A stretch of DNA of 46,730 nucleotides, taken from positions 1-46,730 of the forward strand of contig CAYRHY010000005.1 of the NCBI GenBank assembly GCA_964424235.1, in the 5' to 3' direction. This DNA comes from an uncultured Candidatus Saccharibacteria bacterium. GTDB taxonomy: Bacteria > Patescibacteriota > Minisyncoccia > Phycocordibacterales > SBAW01. The position numbers and the translations under genes are program-made. Under the pieces are notes generated by a model. That model was not told where the DNA came from, ran no database searches, and saw only the letters and a list, made by a program, of their open reading frames with translations. Positions within the stretch are counted from its first letter, which is position 1; each line of letters starts with the position of its first letter. Positions 26,481 to 34,037 of this stretch are shown in pieces.

Positions 26481-26552
26481 GGCCCTATCGTCTAATGGTT
26501 AGGACAGCGCCCTCTCACGGCGTAAATCGGGGTTCGAATCCCCGTAGGGTCA
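26481..26552 (+). tRNA. tRNA-Glu (anticodon CUC)
   Basis: Folded by hand. Acceptor GGCCCTA/TAGGGTC, D arm GTCT/GGAC, anticodon arm GCGCC-CUCUCAC-GGCGT, T arm CGGGG-TTCGAAT-CCCCG. CCA is not encoded. Confidence 0.85.
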
Positions 26553-26588
26553 CTAGACATAATTTTAAATTTGTTGTATTTTGTAGGC

Positions 26589-26900
26589 ATGGCTGAGATA
26601 GCTACCTACCTGTGCGATAACGGCAAGTGTGTGCAATTTTTGCGCGTGGCGAAGCAGTTTCCTGCGTGGCGCCCCGACACCCCCCGCAATCTTCGCACCC
26701 CTCTTCCCTCTGCTGAGGCTTTAGCGTTTGTTACCCATTTTCGCAGCGAGTCTTACTGCACCACCTGCAACTCAGTTGTAGATATAGTCGAGGACACCTG
26801 CACCTTATGCGGTAACACCCTTATTGAGGAAGCTCCCGGCAGCACCTGTCCACGCTGCAACGCCGGCACCCTCTCCCTCACTCACCTGCGGGTGTACTAA
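26589..26900 (+). CDS. Hypothetical Cys-rich zinc-ribbon protein (103 aa)
   Basis: CDNGKC, CTTC-X12-CTLC and CPRC give four Cys pairs. The ATG at 26589 is preferred over the TTG at 26571. Confidence 0.55.
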   Translation: MAEIATYLCDNGKCVQFLRVAKQFPAWRPDTPRNLRTPLPSAEALAFVTHFRSESYCTTCNSVVDIVEDTCTLCGNTLIEEAPGSTCPRCNAGTLSLTHLRVY

Positions 26901-26937
26901 TTCTTTATCCGCAGGTTTAACCTGCACAGTTAGGGGG

Positions 26938-28248
26938 TTACTTTCGCTTCCACTGCGCGTCTTGCCGCACGAGGAGATCGAGGGCTTTTTCAGGCTCGAG
27001 CATACTGTCTTCAACAATGCGCTCCATGCGCATACTTTGCGATCCTTTTACTAAAACAACATCATGTTCATCAATAAGATTTTGGAGCTCCTGCCCTGCT
27101 TTTGTTGCATCTTCGTACTGTAAAATATTTTGATCCGCCATGCCATTACTCAGCGTACTCTGAGCAATATCGCGTGCGCGAAAACCAACCGTCACCAAAC
27201 TGTCGGCACACTTGGCGACCTGCGCACCGATCTTTCTATGCTCTTCAACACTGAGCCTACCGAGCTCTAGCATGTCGCCCAAAACCGCGATACGGCGCAT
27301 CTTTGAGCGCCCCTGCTTAATACTCTTGAGTGTATCGAGCGCCGCACTAACCGCCGCTGGTGAGGAGTTATACGTATCATCAATGATGAGCGAGCCCTTG
27401 AGCCCCGCTATGAGGCGCATGCGCCCTTTGGGCGGCTGATAGAGATCAAGCCCCACGAGAATATCACTGACACTTCGGCCTACCGCGAGCCCTACCGCCG
27501 CCGCGGCAACCAGCGGCATGAGCGCGTGCGCACCCAGCACGCCTTTTACCAACACCTCTTCTGTACGGTCACCTAGGTGTAATTTTGCTTGCATACCGGT
27601 TGGCCACGAACCTTTTTGTACCAGGAGTTGTGGCTCCTCCATGCGCACCTGCGCGTTTGGTGAGGAACCAAAACGGATCGTGTGTATACCGCGCGCCTCA
27701 GCCTTGTCTGCCAGAGCGTGCATACGTTCATCATCAGCATATATAACCAGTGAGCCGTGTGGTTTGAGCGTGTTAATGAGCGACGCTTTCTCGCGTACCA
27801 CCGCTTCCGGCGAATCAAAAAATTCAACATGCACCGGTACTTCAGGAAGCCGAGTTATTACTGCCACATCAGTTTTCAACCACGAAGCCAGTGAGCTAAT
27901 ATCGCCCGGCTTGTCGGCTCCTGCCTCAAGCACCAACCACTGCGGATACTGCGCAGGAAGGATAATAAGGAGCAGCCCATCAAACAAGTTGCGTATCCAC
28001 CCAATAGGGTTATTCCATGCATTAGGCCGCCCCAAAATAGTGAGTGGTAACCCTAGCTCGCTGTTAAAACTTTTGTCAGAGGCGCGCACTCGCACAGTTT
28101 TTGAAAGCACAGCAAAAATCGCATCTTTGGTCGATGTCTTCCCCACGCTGCCGGTGACCGCAATAACGCGCGGTTTATATTTTTTAAGTATTAATCGTGC
28201 TTCAAAACGCAACGCGACGATGACAAACTTTTTGAACAGCGATTTCAT
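26938..28248 (-). CDS. murF: UDP-MurNAc-tripeptide--D-Ala-D-Ala ligase
   Basis: VIAVTGSVGKTSTKD P-loop; Mur ligase layout; dcw context. Confidence 0.85.
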   Translation of the reverse strand: MKSLFKKFVIVALRFEARLILKKYKPRVIAVTGSVGKTSTKDAIFAVLSKTVRVRASDKSFNSELGLPLTILGRPNAWNNPIGWIRNLFDGLLLIILPAQYPQWLVLEAGADKPGDISSLASWLKTDVAVITRLPEVPVHVEFFDSPEAVVREKASLINTLKPHGSLVIYADDERMHALADKAEARGIHTIRFGSSPNAQVRMEEPQLLVQKGSWPTGMQAKLHLGDRTEEVLVKGVLGAHALMPLVAAAAVGLAVGRSVSDILVGLDLYQPPKGRMRLIAGLKGSLIIDDTYNSSPAAVSAALDTLKSIKQGRSKMRRIAVLGDMLELGRLSVEEHRKIGAQVAKCADSLVTVGFRARDIAQSTLSNGMADQNILQYEDATKAGQELQNLIDEHDVVLVKGSQSMRMERIVEDSMLEPEKALDLLVRQDAQWKRK

Positions 28249-28254
28249 GCGATG

Positions 28255-29979
28255 TTAGCGATCCGGAGGAACGTTGTAATAATTAATAAGAAATTGGGTG
28301 AGCGAATGCCATGGCGGAGCCAGCGTTTGCGCTGCATACGGAGCGCCCACCGGCTCATAGGCAAATAAGAAGATCAGGTATTTAGCATCATACGACGGGA
28401 AGTAGCCGAAGAAACTGTGCAGGAACCTATCGCTATAGTAGCCTCCGTTTACCGGGTCTGCAATCTGCGCGGTCCCCGTCTTCGCCGCCACACTATAATG
28501 GTCGAGTTTATCTTTGCCGTCGGCGAGTGAGGTATCAACCACTTCCGTGAGCATACGCGAAACTGTTAGCGACGTACCCGCCTGCAGTACCTGCGTTTTG
28601 CGTGCATCCCAATCGAGCGTTTTGCTAAAACCTGAGTCAAATTCAACTGATTTCACGACATGCGGCACCACTAAGTATCCACCATTAGCTAAGATTGCGA
28701 GCGCCCGAGCAGTAGCAACAGGCGTAAGTGCAATACCCTGCCCGAACGACGCAGTGTCGTATCCAACTTGATATTTGCTCTGCAGGTTATTCGTTATGCC
28801 TTTTATTTCGCCCGGCTGATCGATACCCGTTGTAGTACCAAACCCAAATCGATTAAGGAAATAGTCGCGCTGTGTTGCTTGCCCCATACGTGTCGCTATC
28901 CAGGATGCACCAACGTTAAGCGATTGACTAAGTACTTGCTGCATCGGCACCGTGCCGCGCGCCTTACCGTCGAAGTTACAAATCTTTTTTGTATCAACGG
29001 TAAGACATCCGGTGTCATAGTACGTGGTGGTAGCGGTGATAGCACCGGAGTCGAGCCCCGCGGCCATAGTGAGTGGCTTCATGATAGAGCCCATTTCATA
29101 CACATTTTGTACGAGTGGGTTAGCGTAGATACTCGGGTTTGTCTGGGTATTAAACGCATTAAGGTCAAAAGTTGGGTACACTGCCAGGGCGTATATCTCT
29201 CCGTTTTGCGGATTTATAATAATGCCGCCCGAAAGTTTCGGGTGCCACGTCTGGTCATAAATCATGAGTTGGCGCTCCAACTCGGCCTGCACGGTGGGCT
29301 CGATAGTGGTAACTAAGTCACCCTGCTTAGGCTCATCATGCATCGACGACTGCACACTGCCAAACAACTCAATAAAAAAGTTAGCATATAGGTCAGTCGC
29401 AGAGCGGCTGAGTATAGGGTCGTAGTATCGCTCAAGACCATAGCGCCCCTGTTCAACATCGCCGTTGTAGGCAACAAAACCAAGCGTCTGCGCAGCGAGT
29501 GAACCGCCGGGATATAAACGCCACCGATCGCTTTGCACAATAATGCCTGGTAATTTTTGCGCCAATATGTTCGTACCCGTTTGCGCATCAAGATGCTCAG
29601 CAAGTAGCTGATAGCGCGAGCCCGTCTTCGTTGCTTTTGCAATAAACACTTCGTGGGTAAGCGGCACGATGTCTTTGAGTGCCAACCAAAGTGCCTCAGC
29701 GTCGGTCACGTTACTCGGGTTAACCGCGACAGCATACCCCTCTTTCATGGTTGCTGCTGTAATCGACGTACCATTTTTATCTACAAAATAGATAGCTCCT
29801 CGCTCAGCCAATGGGTCATGGGGCCCTACAAACTGTGCATTCGCCTTTTGCGCGTATGCTTTCCCATGCACTATCTGTAAAAAGTAGAGTCGACACACAA
29901 TAATAAGCATTACGAGCACGCAAAAAGCCGTCAGAACTCTGACGCGCGATAGGAACATGTGACTAGCGCTGTTGCTCAC
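28255..29979 (-). CDS. ftsI: Class B penicillin-binding protein (division transpeptidase)
   Basis: SIMK (SxxK), SLN (SxN) and KTGTA motifs; N-terminal TM; between ftsL and murF. Confidence 0.85.
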   Translation of the reverse strand: MSNSASHMFLSRVRVLTAFCVLVMLIIVCRLYFLQIVHGKAYAQKANAQFVGPHDPLAERGAIYFVDKNGTSITAATMKEGYAVAVNPSNVTDAEALWLALKDIVPLTHEVFIAKATKTGSRYQLLAEHLDAQTGTNILAQKLPGIIVQSDRWRLYPGGSLAAQTLGFVAYNGDVEQGRYGLERYYDPILSRSATDLYANFFIELFGSVQSSMHDEPKQGDLVTTIEPTVQAELERQLMIYDQTWHPKLSGGIIINPQNGEIYALAVYPTFDLNAFNTQTNPSIYANPLVQNVYEMGSIMKPLTMAAGLDSGAITATTTYYDTGCLTVDTKKICNFDGKARGTVPMQQVLSQSLNVGASWIATRMGQATQRDYFLNRFGFGTTTGIDQPGEIKGITNNLQSKYQVGYDTASFGQGIALTPVATARALAILANGGYLVVPHVVKSVEFDSGFSKTLDWDARKTQVLQAGTSLTVSRMLTEVVDTSLADGKDKLDHYSVAAKTGTAQIADPVNGGYYSDRFLHSFFGYFPSYDAKYLIFLFAYEPVGAPYAAQTLAPPWHSLTQFLINYYNVPPDR

Positions 29980-30293
29980 CGATTTGCGTTTATGGTCAAG
30001 GTCGGCTGATTCGTATATACCACTGACACCATATGCGGCGCTACAAAACCGAGCGAATAGGCATGCTCGGGCGTTATCGTCTTTTGTTGCGAAAGATACG
30101 CCATTTCCATGTCTCCCAACTCAGCAGTGAGCGTCTTGATACGATGCTGCGCAGCTGTACGCGAAGCAGTGTGCACGACCGCCATGAGCAAAAATATACC
30201 ATACAGAAGCACCGACACTGCACACACCAGAGCCAACAGCGCCGTGGTGCGACTAAGGTAGAGTTGGTAGAGATTGAGTTTGTAGGTGTTCAT
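29976..30293 (-). CDS. ftsL: FtsL-like bitopic division protein
   Basis: Single TM plus a short coiled region; position between rsmH and ftsI. Confidence 0.5.
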   Translation of the reverse strand: MNTYKLNLYQLYLSRTTALLALVCAVSVLLYGIFLLMAVVHTASRTAAQHRIKTLTAELGDMEMAYLSQQKTITPEHAYSLGFVAPHMVSVVYTNQPTLTINANR

Positions 30294-30299
30294 GATGCT

Positions 30300-31259
30300 T
30301 TAGTTTTTTTCAATAACGCGTAGTTTTGCACTCCGAGCCCGAGGATTCTTCCGTATTTCTGCTTGCGAGGGAGTAAGTGGTTTTTTGTATACGAGCGTAC
30401 CTCCTCCTTTGGCGAATTTCGCGAAAATATGTTTTACCAACCGATCTTCGATGCTATGAAAGCTAATCACCACCAGACGCCCCTTTGGCGAAAGATGTGC
30501 CCATGCTGCATCTAACCCTTTTTCAATAACTCGCAATTCGTCATTCACTGCGATACGCAGCGCCTGAAAGGTGCGGGTCGCGGGATGGATGCGCCCGTGT
30601 CGATACGCCGGCGGCACACTGTCGCGCACAATCTCGGCAAGCTCAAGACTTGTTGTTATTGACGCAATCTTTCGGCGCTCAACAATCGCTTTTGCGATGC
30701 GCTTGGCGTAACGTTCTTCACCATAGCCAAAAAAGACATCGGCAAGTGTCTTTTCATCCCACATATTGAGTGCTTCTGCGGCAGTGAACCCTGAGGCTGG
30801 CGTCTTCCCATAACTCATTGAGAGCGGCTCATCGATCAAAAATGAAAAACCTCGCCCCGAAGCGAGCTGGCCGCTATTCCACCCAAGGTCAAACAGTGCC
30901 GCGTCGATCTGTGCAATACGCAGCTTCTCAAGCACCGCTGCAAGCTCTGAAAAGTTCGATTCAACAATGCGCACACGCGAGCGAAACTTCGCGAGGCGCT
31001 TCCCCGCTACAGCGATCGCCTGTGGGTCAGCATCAAGCGCAAGCACTGTAGCATCACTCGTTTGTAAAATTGCTTCACTGTGGCCTCCCTGACCAAGCGT
31101 ACCGTCGACAATACGTTGCCCTGCTTTGGGCGCGAGCGCCGTAAGACACTCCTGTGACATAACACTCTGATGCACCTCTGCTTGCATATGCGCGCCACCC
31201 TCCTCTCGACGGGAGCGGTGTGCATGTGCAGACATACGTGTAACAGTGTTAGTCATCAT
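30300..31259 (-). CDS. rsmH: 16S rRNA m4C1402 methyltransferase
   Basis: HQSVM...IVDGTLGQGGHSEAIL and SFHSIEDRLVK; ATGA overlap with mraZ. Confidence 0.9.
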   Translation of the reverse strand: MMTNTVTRMSAHAHRSRREEGGAHMQAEVHQSVMSQECLTALAPKAGQRIVDGTLGQGGHSEAILQTSDATVLALDADPQAIAVAGKRLAKFRSRVRIVESNFSELAAVLEKLRIAQIDAALFDLGWNSGQLASGRGFSFLIDEPLSMSYGKTPASGFTAAEALNMWDEKTLADVFFGYGEERYAKRIAKAIVERRKIASITTSLELAEIVRDSVPPAYRHGRIHPATRTFQALRIAVNDELRVIEKGLDAAWAHLSPKGRLVVISFHSIEDRLVKHIFAKFAKGGGTLVYKKPLTPSQAEIRKNPRARSAKLRVIEKN

Positions 31260-31690
31260 AGGATCCCTAGGTCGCCCAATTTTTCGGCCATTTGGTCAGC
31301 GCTTTTCTCAATACGACGCTTGTACTCCTCCCAGGTCTTCTCGTTCCACACTTCAATGCGGTCTGAAACTCCCGCTAACACAACGCGCGAGCGCAGGTCA
31401 GCAAACTCCTTGAGATAATCTGGCACCAGGATACGTCCTGCCCCATCAACTTCGGTATCGACTGCGCCAGCAAGTAAGAAGCGTGATAAACCTCTCGTGT
31501 CCGCTTGTCCGATAGGCAAATCGATGAGCTTTTGCGCTATACGAGCCCAGGTCTTTTCAGGGAACATAAACAAGCACTGGTCGAGCCCACGGGTAAGCAC
31601 CACTTTGCGACCAACTTCCTTGCGGAACTTTGCGGGAAGCGAAAGCCGTTTCTTGTTATCGAGCGTGTGTAAGTATTCTCCGATTAACAT
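31256..31690 (-). CDS. mraZ: Transcriptional regulator MraZ
   Basis: MLIGEYLHTLDNKKRLSLPAKFR and a second DxxxR-like SpoVT/AbrB repeat. Confidence 0.9.
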   Translation of the reverse strand: MLIGEYLHTLDNKKRLSLPAKFRKEVGRKVVLTRGLDQCLFMFPEKTWARIAQKLIDLPIGQADTRGLSRFLLAGAVDTEVDGAGRILVPDYLKEFADLRSRVVLAGVSDRIEVWNEKTWEEYKRRIEKSADQMAEKLGDLGIL

Positions 31691-31715
31691 TGTGGTGTAA
31701 CGGTTTTTCGCGGGT

Positions 31716-31762
31716 ATCCCACTTCATCCCACTAAAAGACAGTATACGACACTTTGCCCCAC
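31716..31762 (-). promoter_or_regulatory. GTGGG direct repeats (candidate MraZ operator) around the mraZ promoter
   Basis: Minus strand has GTGGGAT at 31732-31726 and 31722-31716 (10-nt period) and GTGGGGC at 31762-31756. -10 TATACT at 31746-31741. Confidence 0.55.
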
Positions 31763-31793
31763 CTGACTGCTCTACTTATCCACATTTCCAATG

Positions 31794-31825
31794 AAAAAAG
31801 GCTGAACGCCGCCGTTCAGCCTTTT
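31794..31825 (-). terminator. Terminator of lysK
   Basis: 9-bp stem GGCTGAACG/CGTTCAGCC flanked by A6 and T4; T6 on the minus strand. Confidence 0.75.
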
Positions 31826-31840
31826 GGATATAGAGTTGTA

Positions 31841-33457
31841 TTACTGCGTCACTGCTTCAAGACGCCGCAGCACAAAGTCGCGCTCAAGGACAGAGAGGAA
31901 CCAGCCGGCCTTTGGGCCAAAGGGCTTACCTAAAAACGCGAGGTAGAGCGCACTAAATAGCTCTGCTGGGGCGATACCCTGCTCGTCCTTGATGCTATGG
32001 AGGAGCTCATGGAGCTCTTCTCCGCTCGGGAGCGCCTCTGCAGACATGAGCGTGTCATGGAGTTTCTTCAGTGCATTCTTTTGCTGTTCTGAAAGTCCAA
32101 GGGCCACATCAGGCACCTCGTCTTGGAGTTCAAAGACAAATTTCTCTGGTGCATACAGGCGTACCCAGCGCAGCGCATATTCGCGCCGCTCACTCGCCTC
32201 CAGTTTGTCATTCTCAGTTAATGGTGAGCCTTTGAGTGCCTCCATCTCTCCAAAAAAGTCGAGATGTGGCATCTGTGCGATAAACGCTACTTGCGAAAAG
32301 CGGGGCAAAAAGTGCTCGCTTGGAATTTGTGGCTTCTCACCTTCGGTTGGATGGATATAGGTAAAGAGGCGCGCGTAGTCATCTTCTACTCCTGCCCAAT
32401 ATCCCGCAGCCAATTTGTCATACTGGTCAAACAGTACAGGAATAGTGTCGCCCTCAGGGTCAAAATTGATTTGCTGGTTGATGTCTTTGCCATAGAGCGC
32501 GAGTTTAAAGATGTGTTGTGGCACCAGCTCGACAATATCCCGCGCTGAAGCGCCCGCGCCTTTGCTCGACGACATCTTCTTTCCGCCAACGAGGAAAAAT
32601 TCATTGGCGACACCATAGGGCTCAGGATATTGGAGTACGCGCTGTGTGAATAATCTCGCCAAGTCGCGCGAACCTCCCTTTGTGAAGTGGTCTTTACCGC
32701 CACCTTCAATGTCGACACCCAAGACCTGCCACTTAGCGGCCCACTCAGCCTTCCAGGGCAACTTAGCGTTGCCATCAAAGGGAGAGATCTTCCCCTCATG
32801 ATTGCACCCCTGGGCCCACTCAACCATCTTTGGCATACAGCGGTAGGTGACCGAGGTGCCGTCCCAACCGGTGACTCTAGTAGTGCCAATTTTGCCGCAC
32901 TGCTCGCACACTACTTGCAGTGGGAACCAGTCGTCTGGGCGTCGCGTGCCATACATCTCGCCATATACATCACGCACAATGTCCGCTTTATCAAGAAACG
33001 TGCGAATAGCATCATTCATCTTGCCTGACAGGTACAGCTCGCTTCCGCGATAAAATGTCGGCTTAAAGCCCGCAGCTTCAATAGCGCTAATATATTCTTC
33101 GGCAAAACATTCAGCAAAATTCTTTGCTGTGCCGCCGACCTTACCGGTCGAAAGATCTGGCGCAGGGATTTTATAGAGCTGCACGCCCATATAGGGCTCA
33201 TACGCCTCTTTATCAAGATACGTTGGTAACCCGTCCATAGGATCAAAGTCATTTATTTCAAAACGAAATTCATGAGGCACACCCGCCTCTGCTAAGCGCT
33301 CAGCGATAGCAGCATGCAGCGCCAGCGCGCGCATAGAGCCCACGTGTACCCGGCCGGAAGCCGTCTTTTCATCACGAATGAGCAGCGTCTCTCCTCGCCG
33401 CATTTTCTCCCCCAACTGCTCCTCAATCTGCCCGTATACGCGGTCTAGCCAAAACAT
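31841..33457 (-). CDS. lysK: Lysyl-tRNA synthetase, class I
   Basis: TASGRVHVGSMRALALH (HIGH-like) and KMSSSKG; size and layout match class I LysRS. Confidence 0.85.
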   Translation of the reverse strand: MFWLDRVYGQIEEQLGEKMRRGETLLIRDEKTASGRVHVGSMRALALHAAIAERLAEAGVPHEFRFEINDFDPMDGLPTYLDKEAYEPYMGVQLYKIPAPDLSTGKVGGTAKNFAECFAEEYISAIEAAGFKPTFYRGSELYLSGKMNDAIRTFLDKADIVRDVYGEMYGTRRPDDWFPLQVVCEQCGKIGTTRVTGWDGTSVTYRCMPKMVEWAQGCNHEGKISPFDGNAKLPWKAEWAAKWQVLGVDIEGGGKDHFTKGGSRDLARLFTQRVLQYPEPYGVANEFFLVGGKKMSSSKGAGASARDIVELVPQHIFKLALYGKDINQQINFDPEGDTIPVLFDQYDKLAAGYWAGVEDDYARLFTYIHPTEGEKPQIPSEHFLPRFSQVAFIAQMPHLDFFGEMEALKGSPLTENDKLEASERREYALRWVRLYAPEKFVFELQDEVPDVALGLSEQQKNALKKLHDTLMSAEALPSGEELHELLHSIKDEQGIAPAELFSALYLAFLGKPFGPKAGWFLSVLERDFVLRRLEAVTQ

Positions 33458-33463
33458 ATGCCG

Positions 33464-33472
33464 AGTATAACA
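33464..33472 (-). promoter_or_regulatory. Extended -10 element TGtTATACT, 6 nt upstream of the lysK ATG
   Basis: Reverse complement of agtataaca; no SD. Confidence 0.45.
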
Positions 33473-33476
33473 GAAG

Positions 33477-33500
33477 AGCGCCCCGATTTCTCGGGGCGCT
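33477..33500 (-). terminator. 10-bp GC hairpin downstream of greA
   Basis: AGCGCCCCGA-tttc-TCGGGGCGCT; the T-tract is weak. Confidence 0.5.
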
Positions 33501-33505
33501 GTTGT

Positions 33506-33967
33506 TTACTCCACCTTGAGGATTTTGTATTTTTGGGTGCCTTTAGGAGTATGAAAGGAAAATTCATCACCTTTCTTTTTACCCAATAGGGCGGAGCCAA
33601 GTGGCGAGTGGTAGGAAATCTTGCCTGAAAAAAGGTCAGCCTCTTCAGCCCCCACTATGGTGTAGGCATGCTTTTCGTCTGCGCCGAGCTTTTGGACTGA
33701 AACGAGCGAGCCCATACCCACTGAGTCGGTTTTGGTGCCGCGCACAATTTTAGCGCTCTTAAGAATTGCCTCAAGCTTTTGAATGCGCTCTTCTACAGCG
33801 CTCTGCATTTCGCGCGCCTCTTGATACTCGGCGTTTTCGGAAAGATCTCCGAGTGAACGTGCATACTCAAGCTGCTCTGCCACTTCACGACGCCTTGTCG
33901 TACGCAGCTCATCGAGCTCTTTGGTCAACTCCTCGAACTTCTCTTGCGAAATGAATTCTTCAGTCAT
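33506..33967 (-). CDS. greA: Transcription elongation factor GreA
   Basis: ISQEKFEELTKELDELR...GDLSENAEYQEARE. The ATG at 33967 is chosen because the promoter lies inside the longer ORF. Confidence 0.9.
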   Translation of the reverse strand: MTEEFISQEKFEELTKELDELRTTRRREVAEQLEYARSLGDLSENAEYQEAREMQSAVEERIQKLEAILKSAKIVRGTKTDSVGMGSLVSVQKLGADEKHAYTIVGAEEADLFSGKISYHSPLGSALLGKKKGDEFSFHTPKGTQKYKILKVE

Positions 33968-33993
33968 GATTATTAAACTACTATTGAGTGATA

Positions 33994-34021
33994 AGTGTAA
34001 CGGAATTCTGCCTGAAGTCAA
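33994..34021 (-). promoter_or_regulatory. greA promoter
   Basis: TTGACT (34021-34016), N16, TACACT (33999-33994). Confidence 0.55.
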
Positions 34022-34037
34022 CAGGTGGTGCTGGGTA

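Noticed and set aside
25400-26560. Integration of the small-ORF cassette at tRNA-Glu as a mobile island.
   Set aside because: No integrase, transposase or direct repeat of the tRNA 3' end was seen by eye, and the cassette lies on the 5' side of the tRNA. Foreign origin remains possible from codon usage, but mobility is unsupported.
27518-28258. Long antisense ORFs. Examples: 246 aa opposite murF; 22044-22721 opposite dnaB/recR; 15112-15624 opposite the exonuclease; 21335-21850 opposite dnaB; 4331-4744 opposite dac; 46252-46674 opposite the PEP-CTERM gene.
   Set aside because: Each lies fully inside a gene with strong family motifs on the other strand. Their products are low-complexity and rich in Ser/Arg/Ala/Pro, as expected from reading GC-biased codons in reverse. 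None has start signals.
31776-31784. A perfect DnaA box, TTATCCACA, upstream of mraZ, and a 7/9 match (CTATCCACG) upstream of dnaB near 20795. This raised the possibility of an origin.
   Set aside because: These are single isolated boxes. There is no cluster, AT-rich unwinding element or dnaA/dnaN nearby. One perfect 9-mer in about 93 kb of two-strand sequence is not far from chance.
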